Positions 1 to 12,463 are shown, numbered from the stretch's first letter. The stretch: DNA of 64,000 nucleotides from Rhynchobatus australiae (GCA_034780895.1 JAUZTB010000048.1:29710221-29774220), one strand, 5' to 3'. Made by a program: numbers and translations. Notes: generated by a model from the letters alone, not told the origin.

Positions 1-1074
1 TCTGAAGGTTGCTGCCACTTGTGTTAGCACATACCATAAAAACTAGCACATTCAAAAAAAGGGGAGCAGAAATGGGGCCAAGTGGTAGGTAGATAAACCT
101 TGGGTATATGTTACAAAATTGTGTTAAATATCATTGTTCAATCTACTCAGATTTCACCATAAATTGCAAGAAAATCTCTTCCCATACATACAATAGCGTG
201 ATGTGCAGAAAGTAAAAATTTTTTTAAAAGTTTGAGTTTCAAGAGCATACTCTTTTTTGCCTTAATAGTGCTACAAGGCACAGCAGCTAATTAGGGCACA
301 GATCCCCAGTACACGTCTTCTGAATGTCAAAATTTTGGACCCTTTTGCATATTCATCAAACAAATTTAATGAAAAGAGAAAGCAAACCAGTAGGAATTTG
401 CCAATCTTGAAACTTACAAGCAATTTGCCTTTTGATCATTTCAGTTGCCTGGATTCCAACAGAGAAGACCTGCAGTAGTCTTAAGATCTTCTCCTTTATT
501 GCATTTTTCACATTTTTGGGTTGTACAGGAGAGATATTTGTAATAGTAAAATCAAAATTTGCAGTGTACATTAAATGTCATTTTTGAACTATGTTCAAAT
601 GTATCAGATAAAATCTAGACATAGAACACTGTAGATGGTTCAAATTTTAATGCCATATTTAAATTGTAATCCAGATCTCCTAAATATGTAATCTAAACTC
701 AAATTGTATATGACTGAATAAATGTAATATTTTTGTCTGACAATATTGGTTCCCCTGTGGTGCTGTCCATAGTTGGCTCATTGGTCTGGAGCATGGTTGT
801 AATGATTGGTTGCTTGATGAGATGACCTAACCTTTTTGGTGTTTAAAAACCATTATGTTGGATGGGGTGATAACAGTCTCCACTGATCTAATAAGCAAAC
901 TGTTTGGAAGAGTGGTATTTAGAGGAATGATGTATCTATAAATAATGAACTTTACAATAAGAGTCTGCAACAATGGATGTACTTGTGCTGTCATTTTTGC
1001 ATCAATATAAAGTAGAATGAAAACAATGGTCAGGTATTAGTGTAGTATTCAGCCATTAGCTTGACACCATCTAG

Positions 1075-1410
1075 TGGCATAAGAAGTGTACTGGTTATTT
1101 TACTGGATTAGTACCCAGAAGTATGACTATTGAAATTGAGATGTGGGTTTGAATCCTAACAAGGCACATGGAATATTGAATTTCAAGTATTTAAATAAAT
1201 CTGAAATAATTTAGTATCAGTAATGGTGATCATGAAACTACCAGGTTATTGTAAACACCTATCATGTTCACTGAAGAAAATCTGTTATTCTTGCCCTCTA
1301 TTTCTGGCCAATGGCCATTTGGTTGACCACAATTACCTTTTGAAACCAGCAGATCAGCCACAGTTAGTAAGATTATCTTGGCCTTGCCAGTGAAGCCTGT
1401 ATCTCTGGAA
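1075..1410 (+). mobile_element. Old tRNA-derived SINE-like repeat
   Basis: B-box-like GGTTTGAATCC followed by ...taatggtgatcatgaaactacc...; related copies in reverse orientation at about 39530-39880 and 51575-51900. Confidence 0.5.
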
Positions 1411-2751
1411 TGAACAAACATAACAATAGAGTCCAATTCGTATAGTCACATCTCCTAACCTCACCCACTTATTCTTATCCTGTCAGTGTGATCCACTTTG
1501 TACCAATTCACTTTGACAGTGCAGTGCCATTAATTCAAAAAGCTTTCATTTGTTTTGTTTTGTGGTATTACTCAATAGCTGTTTCATGCTGTCATTAAAG
1601 AGCTCACTTGCTCCACTCCGTCTGCAGTAGTCACTCTTAGCCAATCAGTCTGAATGTCGGATTCCCATTCCCCAGCATCTCCACTTTATTACTTCCCTTC
1701 CTGCCTTCAGAAATTTTTTGAGGACTTTATGTTGCACACCCATTTATCCCCTCTGAATTAATCCTTTACCCCTCACTCAAAATCCACTTATTGTTCAGTG
1801 TGCATGCTCAAACATATTTTTCCATACGTGATACATGCTTCAATTAATTTATTTTCCACATAATATTTTCCAATTTAAAGTATCTTTGTGCAATGCACCA
1901 TTTTGTAGTATATATGTGCAACTAAATGATCTTTCTTGCAAACTCTTTCCCCTCTGCAACACACCAGACTCTCAAAAGAGTGGATATTAGATATGCTGTA
2001 TGATTGCTTTGATCAATATCCTATGACCCTTCTGTTGCTATTCTTTCATCTGCCTTCTTTCCATTGATCCGATGACAGAATGCTTCAAAGATGTTGATTA
2101 ACTTGGCTTTTTTTTCCTCTTGGATTACATGTTTGAACAGAAACTTGACTTCCAATTTTTTTTTGGTGAAAATTATTTTTCCACATTTTCTTGGGTTTTG
2201 TCTGCAGTTGTGGTTCCTATTTCTGGAAATTGATAGTGGACACAGATTGGAGTCTTGGGCAATATGCTTGCAGTAATGCCTTTAGCAGAAACTCTATCAG
2301 TGAAAAACATTGTGATCTGGTACTCTCGAGATCTTAATGAAGGACAAAAACTAAATTCAGTGAGTTTACATTCAAACCATTCAAATTCTTTATAGGCGTG
2401 AAAAATGATAGCTCACAAATAGCATATAGGCAGCTTTCAAATAAAATAGCAATTTACATTGTAGATCCTTTCCAAGGTGATTTTTAAATGAGGCTTTGGG
2501 TCCTGTGATTTAAAATTAATTTTCATGATCTGGAAAGCATATAATTATTCATCGGTTGTATTTCAAATTTTAATGCTGGGTATTAACACCTCATTCTAAA
2601 CTAACTCCTACGGCTACTTTTCAAACAAATATATGATAGTCATTAAAACTGGATTGTAACGACCATATTTAGATTCTAATTTTAAATGTTTATTTTTTTA
2701 AATGGCAGGTATAAAGGGTACACACTAATATATTTTTGTGTTCTTGGATAG

Positions 2752-2851
2752 GTGGATCTAAAAGAAGCCAACATCTGGGTCCTTGTGATATCTATTTGGA
2801 TGACCTACAAAAGCTGGATCCTAATATTGCAGCCCTGTATTTCCCTAAGAG
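2752..2851 (+). CDS. LPIN3: Lipin (LPIN3-like) internal exon, first visible exon
   Basis: Flanked by ...ggatag| and |gtattg. Encodes [33 protein letters not shown], the conserved lipin 'IYLDDL...AALYFPK' block. Upstream exons lie outside the window. Confidence 0.9.
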
Positions 2852-3223
2852 GTATTGTGATCAAAATGTGCAGATAGAAAATGAGCAGATAACTGTACAC
2901 ATCAAAGCAAGTCAGTAAAAAGATTCAGCAGACCCATAACAGAATAAATTAATAAAGTACTTATAATTATTAACTCAATTCTGCATGAAATCTATAAAGT
3001 AAGGATATAAAGTACAAGTCAAAAATATCAGAGCTGCTGAAGGGCACAGGCAAGAATTATACAAGTTTTAGATATCCTTTACAACAATGAGGTCTGGAAA
3101 GTCCTCAAAATGCTTATCTTCAGTCTTTCTTATCCCATATTTATTTCTTTTGTAGATTCCTTGAATATATTATTTATGGTGCTTTACATTTTATTAATTG
3201 TAGTAACATACACAACTAATGTT

Positions 3224-3362
3224 GAAGGTCCTGATGAAAGTTCTTGACCCGAAATGTCGACTGTCCGTTTCCCTCCATAGATACTGCCTGACCTACTGAG
3301 TTCCTCCAGCATTTTATGTATGTTGTTCCAGGTTCCAGCATCTGCAGAATATCTTGTGTCTC
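3224..3362 (+). mobile_element. Penelope-like terminal repeat with decayed hammerhead core
   Basis: CTGATGA...GAAA motif followed by ...ccatagatactgcctgacctactgagttcctccagca..., a family recurring at about 8060, 14090, 40725, 46990 and 52855. Confidence 0.55.
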
Positions 3363-3829
3363 TGTAATTAGTTGTAGTGTTACTTAGTTTCAATATATCT
3401 GTTAAAAACTGCTCCAAATTGTGATGCTGCATGAGTCATGCATAGTTTTACTGACCAAAGTGGGTTCAGGCTAGGCATAGTTGATGGGTATCAGGGAGAA
3501 CTCCCTATGCAGCTGCAAAATGTTCGCTGATGAAGCGCCTTGTGGTCTATTATAGAGTTGAGATTATCTTCCTCCAGAAAGACATTTGTCAGTAGTTATT
3601 GTAACATGGAAAGCTTACAACTTTGTTTCAGAAAGGCATTAGCAAACTTAAACTGGCAATGCTTACTAATTCCTTGGGAAAAGTTTGGGATGCCCTCCTT
3701 TACCCAGATTTTGATATTATCCCTCTTTATTGATCCTATAAGCAAGTCGCATTCTTAAATAGACTGTGAAGACAAAGTTACTTTCCAAACGTGAACCAGG
3801 AGAAAGGAAAAATTATAAAAGTTAAAGCT

Positions 3830-5480
3830 CTTTAAGATTCTTTAACTGAATGCATGTAGCATTTTTAAAGGACTCTTGAGTTGATGGCACAAATGGTAAC
3901 AGATGAGTTTGATTTAATAGCTATTACAGAGATAGAGTGCAGGGTGACCAGAGCTAGGAAGTCAGTTTTCTGGGTTATTCAGTGTTCCAAAAGAATAGGC
4001 AAAAGGAAAGTGTCAGTGTGGTGCTGAGTAGTGATGTGGATGCAGTTGATGGTGACATGGAATCAGTTCGGGTGGAAATAAAGAATATCAGATGAAAGAA
4101 GACACAGTATGAGTAGTCTACAGGCCCTCAAAGTGCTGCCTCTCAATAGGGCAAAGCATAAAGGGTGAAATATCAGAGGCATGTGAGAAGGAACTGCAAT
4201 TATCATGGGTGATTTTAATCTGCATTTTGACTGGACTAATCAAACTGGCAAGGCTACCATAGAAGAGGCATTTGTGGAGTGTCAGTGATTTTTTTCCAGA
4301 ACAGTTAGTTACAGAATCTCACTGGGAATACACTGCCTTAGATTTGGTCATCTGTAATTGGTTTATTATTGTCACACTTTTGAGAAACGGTGAAAAGTTT
4401 TTGTATGCATTCCATACAGAAAGGTCATTCCATACATAAGTACTTCAAGGAAGTACAAAAGGGAAATAAAACACAATGTAGAGTATAGTATTATAGTTAG
4501 AAAAAATTGCAGTACAGGTAGACAAATAAAGTGCAAGGGCCATGACAAGGTAGAATGTGTTCATCTTTATCATGTAAGAGGTTCGTTCAAGAGCCTTAAA
4601 ACAACAGATGCTGTCCTTCAGCCTGGTGGTGCTTGTTCTCAAGCTTTTGTATCTTCTTCCCAATGGGAAGTGGGAGGAGAGAGAATGACCAGGGTGGGAG
4701 GGATCCTCGATAATGTTGGCTGCTTTCCTGAGGAAGCAGGAAGTATAGACGGAGTTAATGGAGGGGTGTAATAAGGTAAAATTAATAAAATATGTTATTG
4801 TTAAGGAGCCCCTAGGAAATAGTGACCAAAATATAGTAGAATTCCAGATGCAGTTTGAGAATGAACATCCCAGGTTTAAAACCATTGTCATAAACTTAAG
4901 TAAGGGCATTTACTGAGATATGAATGTAGAATTGTCTAGAGCGGACTGGATAAATAAGCTCAGGGATAGGTCAATGGAAGAGCAGTAGCAGATATTTAAA
5001 CAACCAGTTAATAATGCTCAGCAGTATTTTACCCCAGTTAGAAAGAAGGATTTCATGAGAAGGATGAACCTTTCAAGGTTAACAAAGGAGGTCAAAGAAA
5101 ATATTAAATCAATGCATACCGAGTGGTAAAGCAGAATTTTTCAAGAGCCAGTAGGGAGAGACTGAACAGGTTATGAGGAGGAAGAAAATTGATCGAGAGA
5201 AAACTGCCAAATAATATTAAAATAAACAAGACTTTCGATGGATATATGGAAAGGAAGAGGGTAACTGAGATAAGTGTGGGACCCCTAAAGGGTGGAAATA
5301 GGGAATTAATAACAAGACACAGGAAATAGCAGATAACTTAAACCAATACTATGCATTAGTTTTCACAATGGAGGAAACTGCAAATATCCCAAAGGTAATT
5401 CCAAAGGGCAGGAAAGTGAGTGAGAAATATTGGATCAGCCATGATCCTGTTGAATGGCAATATTGGCTGCATGGCCTACT
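3830..5480 (+). mobile_element. CR1 LINE ORF2 fragment (endonuclease region), interrupted
   Basis: Degenerate reading gives DLIAITE, IMGDFN, LDLVICN and EPLGNSDQN, which are APE endonuclease motifs. Split by an insertion at 4359-4766. Confidence 0.75.
4359..4766 (-). mobile_element. Rex1/Babar-like LINE 3' fragment nested in CR1
   Basis: Minus ORF contains RKAANIIEDPSHPGHSL..FPLGRRYKSL, the Rex1-type RT C-terminus. Flanked by a TGTAAT duplication. Confidence 0.72.
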
Positions 5481-5620
5481 CTTTTCCCTTTTCTGATAGT
5501 ATTGTATAATCAAATTGCCTTGTGATAATTTCACTGATTAATGTGTAATTTGTCACTTCAGTCAAATATCTTAGTTATTTTCTTTTCTGCTGGTTCTAAC
5601 TGTGGCTGTTTCCTTTTCAG

Positions 5621-5808
5621 TGAGCAGGATTCAGGTTCCAAACTGTTGAATGAACCTGGTACACATTCAGAGTCCCAATCTCCACAATCAGTAGGAAGTG
5701 CAGCTGCAGATAGTGGCACGGAATATCTGTCCGATTCGGCTAGTGAGCTACCCGATGTAACTCTCTCTCTCTGTGGTGGTCTCAGTGATAACAATGAGAT
5801 ATCCCAAG
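5621..5808 (+). CDS. LPIN3: Lipin exon, serine-rich region and start of M-Lip
   Basis: ttttcag| ... |gtacag. Encodes SEQDSG...[22 protein letters not shown]...[17 protein letters not shown], containing the lipin SPQSVGS/DSG and LSLCGGL motifs. Phase 2 in, matching the previous exon. Confidence 0.9.
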
Positions 5809-7483
5809 GTACAGTAAATTGGAGTGAAAATGCTGGCTCTAAGTGATTGATTATTCATTGTTTATTTGACCTCTAATTTCTGGAGCTTGTATTTTGAGAA
5901 TTTGGTATTATTATGGTTTGAACTGGAATGTGATCTACCTTGCCAAGTATCACTTTTTTCAGTTCTTTTTGAAATGTCTTTAGCATGATGGTATTTAAAT
6001 GCTATAACTGCATTACCTTCAGCTAGAATGATATGTACATGGACATGAGGAAAAAATTGTTCAGGTGCAAATGTGTTTTGCAGAGATAAAATTCTATTTT
6101 CATTTGCAGTTAATGCAAAAATCATCTCAACTGTTAGGCTTGAAATATTTGGTTATTATCTGTATNNNNNNNNNNNNNNNNNNNNNNNNNNNNNNNNNNN
6201 NNNNNNNNNNNNNNNNNNNNNNNNNNNNNNNNNNNNNNNNNNNNNNNNNNNNNNNNNNNNNNNNNNNNNNNNNNNNNNNNNNNNNNNNNNNNNNNNNNNN
6301 NNNNNNNNNNNNNNNNNNNNNNNNNNNNNNNNNNNNNNNNNNNNNNNNNNNNNNNNNNNNNNNNNNNNNNNNNNNNNNNNNNNNNNNNNNNNNNNNNNNN
6401 NNNNNNNNNNNNNNNNNNNNNNNNNNNNNNNNNNNNNNNNNNNNNNNGGAGTAAAGTGTAGAACTTTCACATTGTTTTAAACAAAAATTTTGGAAGTATG
6501 AGTATGCACATTTTGTATAAATATTGATAAAATAAGACTTCAGGAAGTTTTGGAAATGTCAGAAGAAAATCTGCATAAATGATTTGGTGAGAAAAGGGAA
6601 TTGTATCCAAAGTGCTAATCCACCTTTTGGTCTTCACTGTTGATGATTGAACTGCTGCCTTTTCTTGATTTCCACATACCCCTCCCCCTCCTCCCCCAAC
6701 CAAGTTTTGTGTTAATGCAAATTGCAGGTATGTTTTTCAATGACATTGTTCCATCCTGATATTGTCTTTCCCACAAAATTGATTTCTCTAATAGTTATGT
6801 CTTGTGACATTTATTTATTTATAACCTGTGCATTGTATAATCTGTGTGAAGAATTTGGACTAGTTCTAGGTAACACTAAATGGAAGCCAACGATTCCATA
6901 AAGTCATTCATCTTGGACATTGGGTCCTGAATACAATTTTCAACACAACAATCAGAATACACACGGAACTCATAACTTAATTCTAATGTCAAAACTGCTG
7001 TAACAAAAAGTCATATATTTTAAAATGGCTATTTAACAATGTAAGTAACTCAAAATGATGGACTGAGTTTCCTAGTGGAATATGTTTTTTAATGCCACTA
7101 GTATGTGCCTTTTAAACTGTTGCATCCAAAGTTAAAACTTGAGGTAGTGTTAGTTTGATTTCATTTAAACAAAAAGATATCAACTGTAATGTCAACTGTA
7201 AAGTCTCAAGGCAAATAGTTTGCCAAGCTCCATGTGGAATAGGACAATTGTGGATACTTGTTTAGAGCATTGTCAAATTAAAATGTTTGAAGTACTTTGC
7301 ACTAAACAATTTTGAAGTGAAGGAAAAATAAAATTCCCTAAAGGATATAGTTGGCATATTTTTAGTGACAAACTGGTAATTGCAAGCTGGCAAACCAAAG
7401 GTGAATGTATAAAATTAATTAATTTAGAAGTTTTGTTTTTAATATTGATAATACGTTGCTGTATGTTTTGATGTTTCCCACAG

Positions 7484-7553
7484 GTATTACAACTGGGCTG
7501 TGGCTGCTCCCATGATTCTCTGCATTCAAGCCTTTCAGAAAAACTTACCCAAG
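7484..7553 (+). CDS. LPIN3: Lipin exon (M-Lip domain)
   Basis: cccacag| ... |gtatag, 70 nt. Encodes [23 protein letters not shown], closest to LPIN3 ([20 protein letters not shown]) from recalled paralog sequences. Confidence 0.92.
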
Positions 7554-8534
7554 GTATAGTTCTGTTACTTGCTGAGATTTTTTTGATTCATGTAAAAAAA
7601 ATCCTTAAGGCAGAATAGACGAGAGGGGCTAAGTTCTTACCACTGTCCCAGTGAATTTTTCAATTAAGCAATTATGCACACCCTGTTATTAGATGATGGT
7701 TTCTCCTCCTGGGCCATTACCTCTAGTACCCTGTTTCACACCTCTGAACTCCATGTAACATCATCCAAAAACAGCGTCAGGTTCCACCTTGACATTCATC
7801 TCACCAGCAATCTTTAACCTGTCAGTCTGCATGTCTGGCATCTGGTACTGCATTAGCAGAAATTTTTTTCAAATAATGGGAAGACCAAAGTCAATAATTT
7901 TGGCTGCTTCACAAGCTGTATTCTAGCTACCAATTCAATTCATGCCTTGGCAAAGGTCTAAACCAGAAGATTATTGTGTGTCTGTCTGAGGTTTCTTTCT
8001 TTATTGGCTGTAAGCCATGCCCCAGTATTTTAAAGATGCTAGAAATCTAGCAGACTGTGATGTTTTAGTTCTGTTGAAAAGTCATCAGCCTGAAACATCA
8101 ACTTTTTTTCTCTTTCCATAGATGCTGCCTGATCTGCTGAGTATATCCAGCACTTTTTTTATTTTAGGTGTGTTCTAGTCATAACATTCTCAAGAATATT
8201 TCCTAGATGACCTGAAACTCAAATAATGTTGCTTGAAGTTTTTTTAATCTATTTTGTGAACTCTTGAACATTTTTACAATGCATCCTGAGATGCAATTCT
8301 CAAGGCAGATTAACTGGAAGTTTTGAAAAACATTTTTTATGATAAATTCTCTAACCTACTCAAATAGAATGTGTTGTAACATTTCAAACTGTGCTCTGTT
8401 CCGTAGTGTTATTTCCTGCTATAATGAATTATTGAGGTCTCATCAGGATAGCATTTATAGACAAAAAGATATAAAAACATGGTGCATTAATGTTGGATGT
8501 TAGTAGTTTAAATCTTGCTGCTNNNNNNNNNNAG

Positions 8535-8627
8535 GCTACTATTGATAAATTGGTAAAAGAAAAGATGCCAAAAAAGACTGGTGGCTGGTGGTTCTCCTGG
8601 CGCAGAAAAAATGCTGCAGTGAAAGAG
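8535..8627 (+). CDS. LPIN3: Lipin exon (end of M-Lip, WWFSW motif)
   Basis: AG directly after a 10-N gap, donor |gtatgt. Encodes ATIDKLVKEKMPKKTGGWWFSWRRKNAAVKE. Confidence 0.9.
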
Positions 8628-8664
8628 GTATGTTTCTTCACACCTTTATTTAAAAACAAAACAA

Positions 8665-9140
8665 AAAAGAGACGCGGGAGTAGGCCACACAGCCTCTCAA
8701 ACTTACTCTGCCTTATAATTCGACCTCAACTGATCTGATCTTCAGCCTCAACTCCATTTTCTTATCCAGTCCCAATAATCTTTGATTGACCTTTTAGAGA
8801 GTTATTTTTTTTAAAGAGAGATCATTCTTAAAACAAAATCTGATGACTTGATGTTCACATTTCTGAGGTGAAGAATTGAAAGGATTCACAGACATCCAGG
8901 AGCAGAAGTTCCTCCTCAACTCTGTGCTATGTGGTAAATTCCTTATCCTTATCCTGCCCCTAAGTTTTAGGCCACCCACCAGAGGAAGCACCCACATTAG
9001 CATTTGCCCTTCAGAATGTAATGCCTTTCAATTAGATCACCTCTCATGCTTCTTCTGAACTTCAGAAAGTACAGGCCTATTCGCTTAATCTTTCCTCATG
9101 AGACAGCTGTCATGCCTGGGATTAACCTAGTGCAGAGTCT
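8665..9140 (-). mobile_element. CR1-like LINE 3' fragment
   Basis: The ...ggagtaggccac.cagcc... tail is characteristic of shark CR1 3' ends, and the minus ORF is degenerate RT-tail-like. Confidence 0.5.
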
Positions 9141-9834
9141 CCANNNNNNNNNNNNNNNNNNNNNNNNNNNNNNNNNNNNNNNNNNNNNNNNNNNNNNNNN
9201 NNNNNNNNNNNNNNNNNNNNNNNNNNNNNNNNNNNNNNNNNNNNNNNNNNNNNNNNNNNNNNNNNNNNNNNNNNAGAACATTCCATTTGCCTGCTTAAAT
9301 ATTTGGTGCAGTTGTGTGCTAATTTTATCTTGTATGAGGAGATATCCCTCTGAATACTGATATTTCACCAATTAAATAATAATCTTTGTAAAATAGTTAA
9401 CCACAAATTTCCCCTTGTTTTTCTACCCACTTACTTAACATGCCTATACCCCTTCCTTTGTTTTACACATTTCAGAAGAATTGTAAATGAATCAATAATT
9501 AAAACTAGACAACAAAGTTGATGGGATTACTACAACTGCAAATCTGTTTTGAGTTACATAACCTTGATTTAAAGTCTTTTGGACAGCTTTTATTGATAAA
9601 CAAAGTGTAGATTTTGATTAATTTCAGAAAGAATCTGTACAAATGGAATTACCAAATAAAGAAGGTGATACATAGCAAAAAGAGAACTTCTGTATAAAAT
9701 TGTGGTAGATATTTGAGTTTTTTGATGTATGTAAGGTATAGGCTGACTAATTCACTCCTATGGTAGTTTTACTGCAGCATGGTTTAGCTTTTATAGACAT
9801 ACAAAGTTTTAATTATTAATGATTTTATTTTTAG

Positions 9835-9914
9835 CCAGAATCCACTATCAAAAAGGGTGAAGATCAAAGTCAAACAGGAGAAGCTAAACAATCTGGTTTA
9901 CTGGAAGGTTGCAG
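9835..9914 (+). CDS. LPIN3: Lipin exon, low-complexity linker
   Basis: ttttatttttag| ... |gtaatt, open in phase 0: PESTIKKGEDQSQTGEAKQSGLLEGC. Position fits the variable linker exon of lipins; sequence itself is poorly conserved. Confidence 0.65.
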
Positions 9915-10564
9915 GTAATTTCAAGTGCCAGCTTTTCCACAGACTTTACAAAAGCTCAGTTTTGATTATATAGATTTTGCTTTTAAAAGTAAATGTAACT
10001 CGTATCTGGTCTTTACATAATCCTTTGACAAATACAAATCAGTTTTTAGGTGTAAATATAACTTGTATCTGATAATTACTAAATCCTTTAACAAATATAA
10101 ATTGCCACAAGTGTCAAACAGGAAGCGCCATCCAGCTTTTTAACACGTGCAGACAAAAGCGCACAAAAATATGATAAGCTTTTAAAAAATGATCAGTTGG
10201 TTATTGATAATTCCTGTAAATTAACTGATTACATTTCAGGATTTTGATCATGTCGTTCACTTAGCACCTACCAATGTTAAGGGNNNNNNNNNNNNNNNNN
10301 NNNNNNNNNNNNNNNNNNNNNNNNNNNNNNNNNNNNNNNNNNNNNNNNNNNNNNNNNNNNNNNNNNNNNNNNNNNNNNNNNNNTAACTACTTCTTCCCAC
10401 TTGTACCTGCTATTAAAACTAGACACAACTAACTCACACCATAGTGAGACCATCATTCTTTACCTTGAAAATCCTTTCACGGTGAGAATCATACTAAAAA
10501 GCATACTGTTAACCATTACACTGCCAATCGTTAACCCTTGCTTTCCCAGCTATCTTTCACATAA

Positions 10565-10762
10565 GTGTCGCCAATCTTCTGGTGCCAACATGGCATGCCC
10601 ACAGCTCCTAACCTGTATGTCTTTGGAATGTGGGAGGAAAAGGGTGCACCCAAAAGAAACTCACGCAGACACACGGGGAGAACGTACAAACCCCTTACAG
10701 ACAGCAGCAGAAATTGAACCCAGGTCGCTGGAACTGTAATAGCATTACGCGAACCACTACAA
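10565..10762 (-). mobile_element. tRNA-derived V-SINE/HE1-like SINE
   Basis: Minus strand has A/B boxes (gtagtggtt...ctgggttcaatttc) and the ttttcctcccacattccaaagac core shared with copies at 41665 and 45235. Confidence 0.75.
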
Positions 10763-11414
10763 GTCACGTCTGCTACCATATAGGGAAGGATATGAGTGCT
10801 TACCATGCTATCACCATCTAGAAATATGCAGAGTAGGTAAGTTATGTCAATGAGCTGATTTAACAACAGTAGCCCTGGCAGAGTCCTCCTCACAAACAGC
10901 TGNNNNNNNNNNGGCGGGGGGGGGGGGGGGGGCCTATAAACTAGGAGAGTTTTTCCACAGATTATTCAAGCAATAGCTTGGCATAGTTTTCCTCACTGTA
11001 TCATACCTGACAGAAAATGTGCCAGGTTGCTCCATCACAAACTTTAGATACAAGCTGTCCCACCAGCAGAGCCAGTCCTCTAGAGGGGAAAAAAATAATG
11101 GTTTCCAAGTGTGAGGGAATAGCCCAGGACTCTTATGACATCAGGTCAAACGTGGGCAAGGAAACCTCCTCCAGATTGCCATCTTTACTTCTCTGTCAGT
11201 TGATGAATCAGTGTTTCTCCATATTGAAAAGAAGAAGCACTTGATGTAGCAAGGGCATGGAATGCACTCTGGGTGGGGGCATCAATGTCCAGTCCATCAC
11301 CATGATTGGTAGATTGGTAGCACCACCACAGACTGATCTGACCGGGTGATGAAGGACATAGTTTCCATATTGGGTCTGTGCTAGAGCGTGAGGGAACCAA
11401 CATGAAGGAAAATT

Positions 11415-11581
11415 CAGCCCCTAAACTAACCTCTTACAGCACGTGGATGGTCCGCCTCTGACATTCGGTGCCTGATCTTTTCTCCTCCTTTGTTTTACTC
11501 TCCATAAAACTGAAGTTATCCAAAGATCGGACGCCAAATGTAGGACACTTCACGTGCTGTAAGAGGTTAGCTTAGGGGCTG
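11415..11581. repeat. Inverted repeat, about 60-bp arms (MITE-like hairpin)
   Basis: cagcccctaaactaacctcttacagcacgtg... pairs with ...cacgtgctgtaagaggttagcttaggggctg. Confidence 0.85.
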
Positions 11582-11684
11582 GATCTGCACATGGTGAGTC
11601 TCTGGACAGAGGTGAGCTGCAGACGAGACGATGGAAAATGCTGCCCAGGGGCCAGATCCGAGTCACGATATACCACCCCAATTT

Positions 11685-12338
11685 TGTCACGTACCAGCAA
11701 CAAAAGAAACACACCGAGTCATGTATAAGTGTTTAAAAACCATATTATTAACAACTACTTACGATAATAAGAAAAATAAAAGTAAAAATGTTACAATGTT
11801 AGAAGTAAAAATGTTAGATCTTAAACATTAACCCCAAAAACTAAACTTGAAATGTGTGTGTGTGGCAACTTCCCAAACTCATAAGTCTAGGAATAGTTCT
11901 CACAGTTCAGTTCAGCAAGCCGTAAGGTGAAACATGAGCAAAGGCTTCTTCAAAACTACCGTTGACTGAAGACAAAACGTAGAAAGAAAATAGAGACATT
12001 ACAAAATCCAAATATTCCACGATGGAACCCATACGACACTTCAGTGTCTACTCAGCAGTGACTACTCCACCACTTTGTTTCGAAACATCTGGCACCCTGA
12101 AAGGCATTTGAATTGTGGCTGTCCACACAAATACCTGTTTCCCACTACAGGTTAACGACAAAGTGGACTCCACTGGATTATTCCAAAAATGCATACGTGG
12201 ATTGTAGTGACAGACACAGTCACTGTTTTTCATCCATCGATACAGAGACCAGCAGGCTGGTGTGGCCGCCCCCACCGACTGACTCCGACTGTCTGCTCCA
12301 AAACGTCATTATGTCCTTATCTCCTGTTGTTGTCATCA

Positions 12339-12413
<75 letters not shown>

Positions 12414-12463
12414 TGTGCTCTATCTTAAAGGGACATTCACCAACAGTAACCTCATCTGTAACA
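11685..12463 (-). mobile_element. Probable LTR (Gypsy/ERV-like), solo or truncated
   Basis: Minus strand runs TGTTACA...GTGACA (TG...CA termini with a short imperfect inverted repeat) and is followed by AAATTGGGG. No clear target-site duplication. Confidence 0.5.
12340..12410. repeat. (CA)n microsatellite, about 35 units
   Basis: Perfect CA run read directly from the sequence. Confidence 0.98.

Noticed and set aside
1-2751. An additional upstream lipin exon
   Set aside because: No acceptor-donor pair with lipin-like peptide was found; treated as intron.
6065-6480. Long ORFs spanning N runs (also at 18067, 31506, 35916, 58379 and others)
   Set aside because: They are open only because N codons are not stops.
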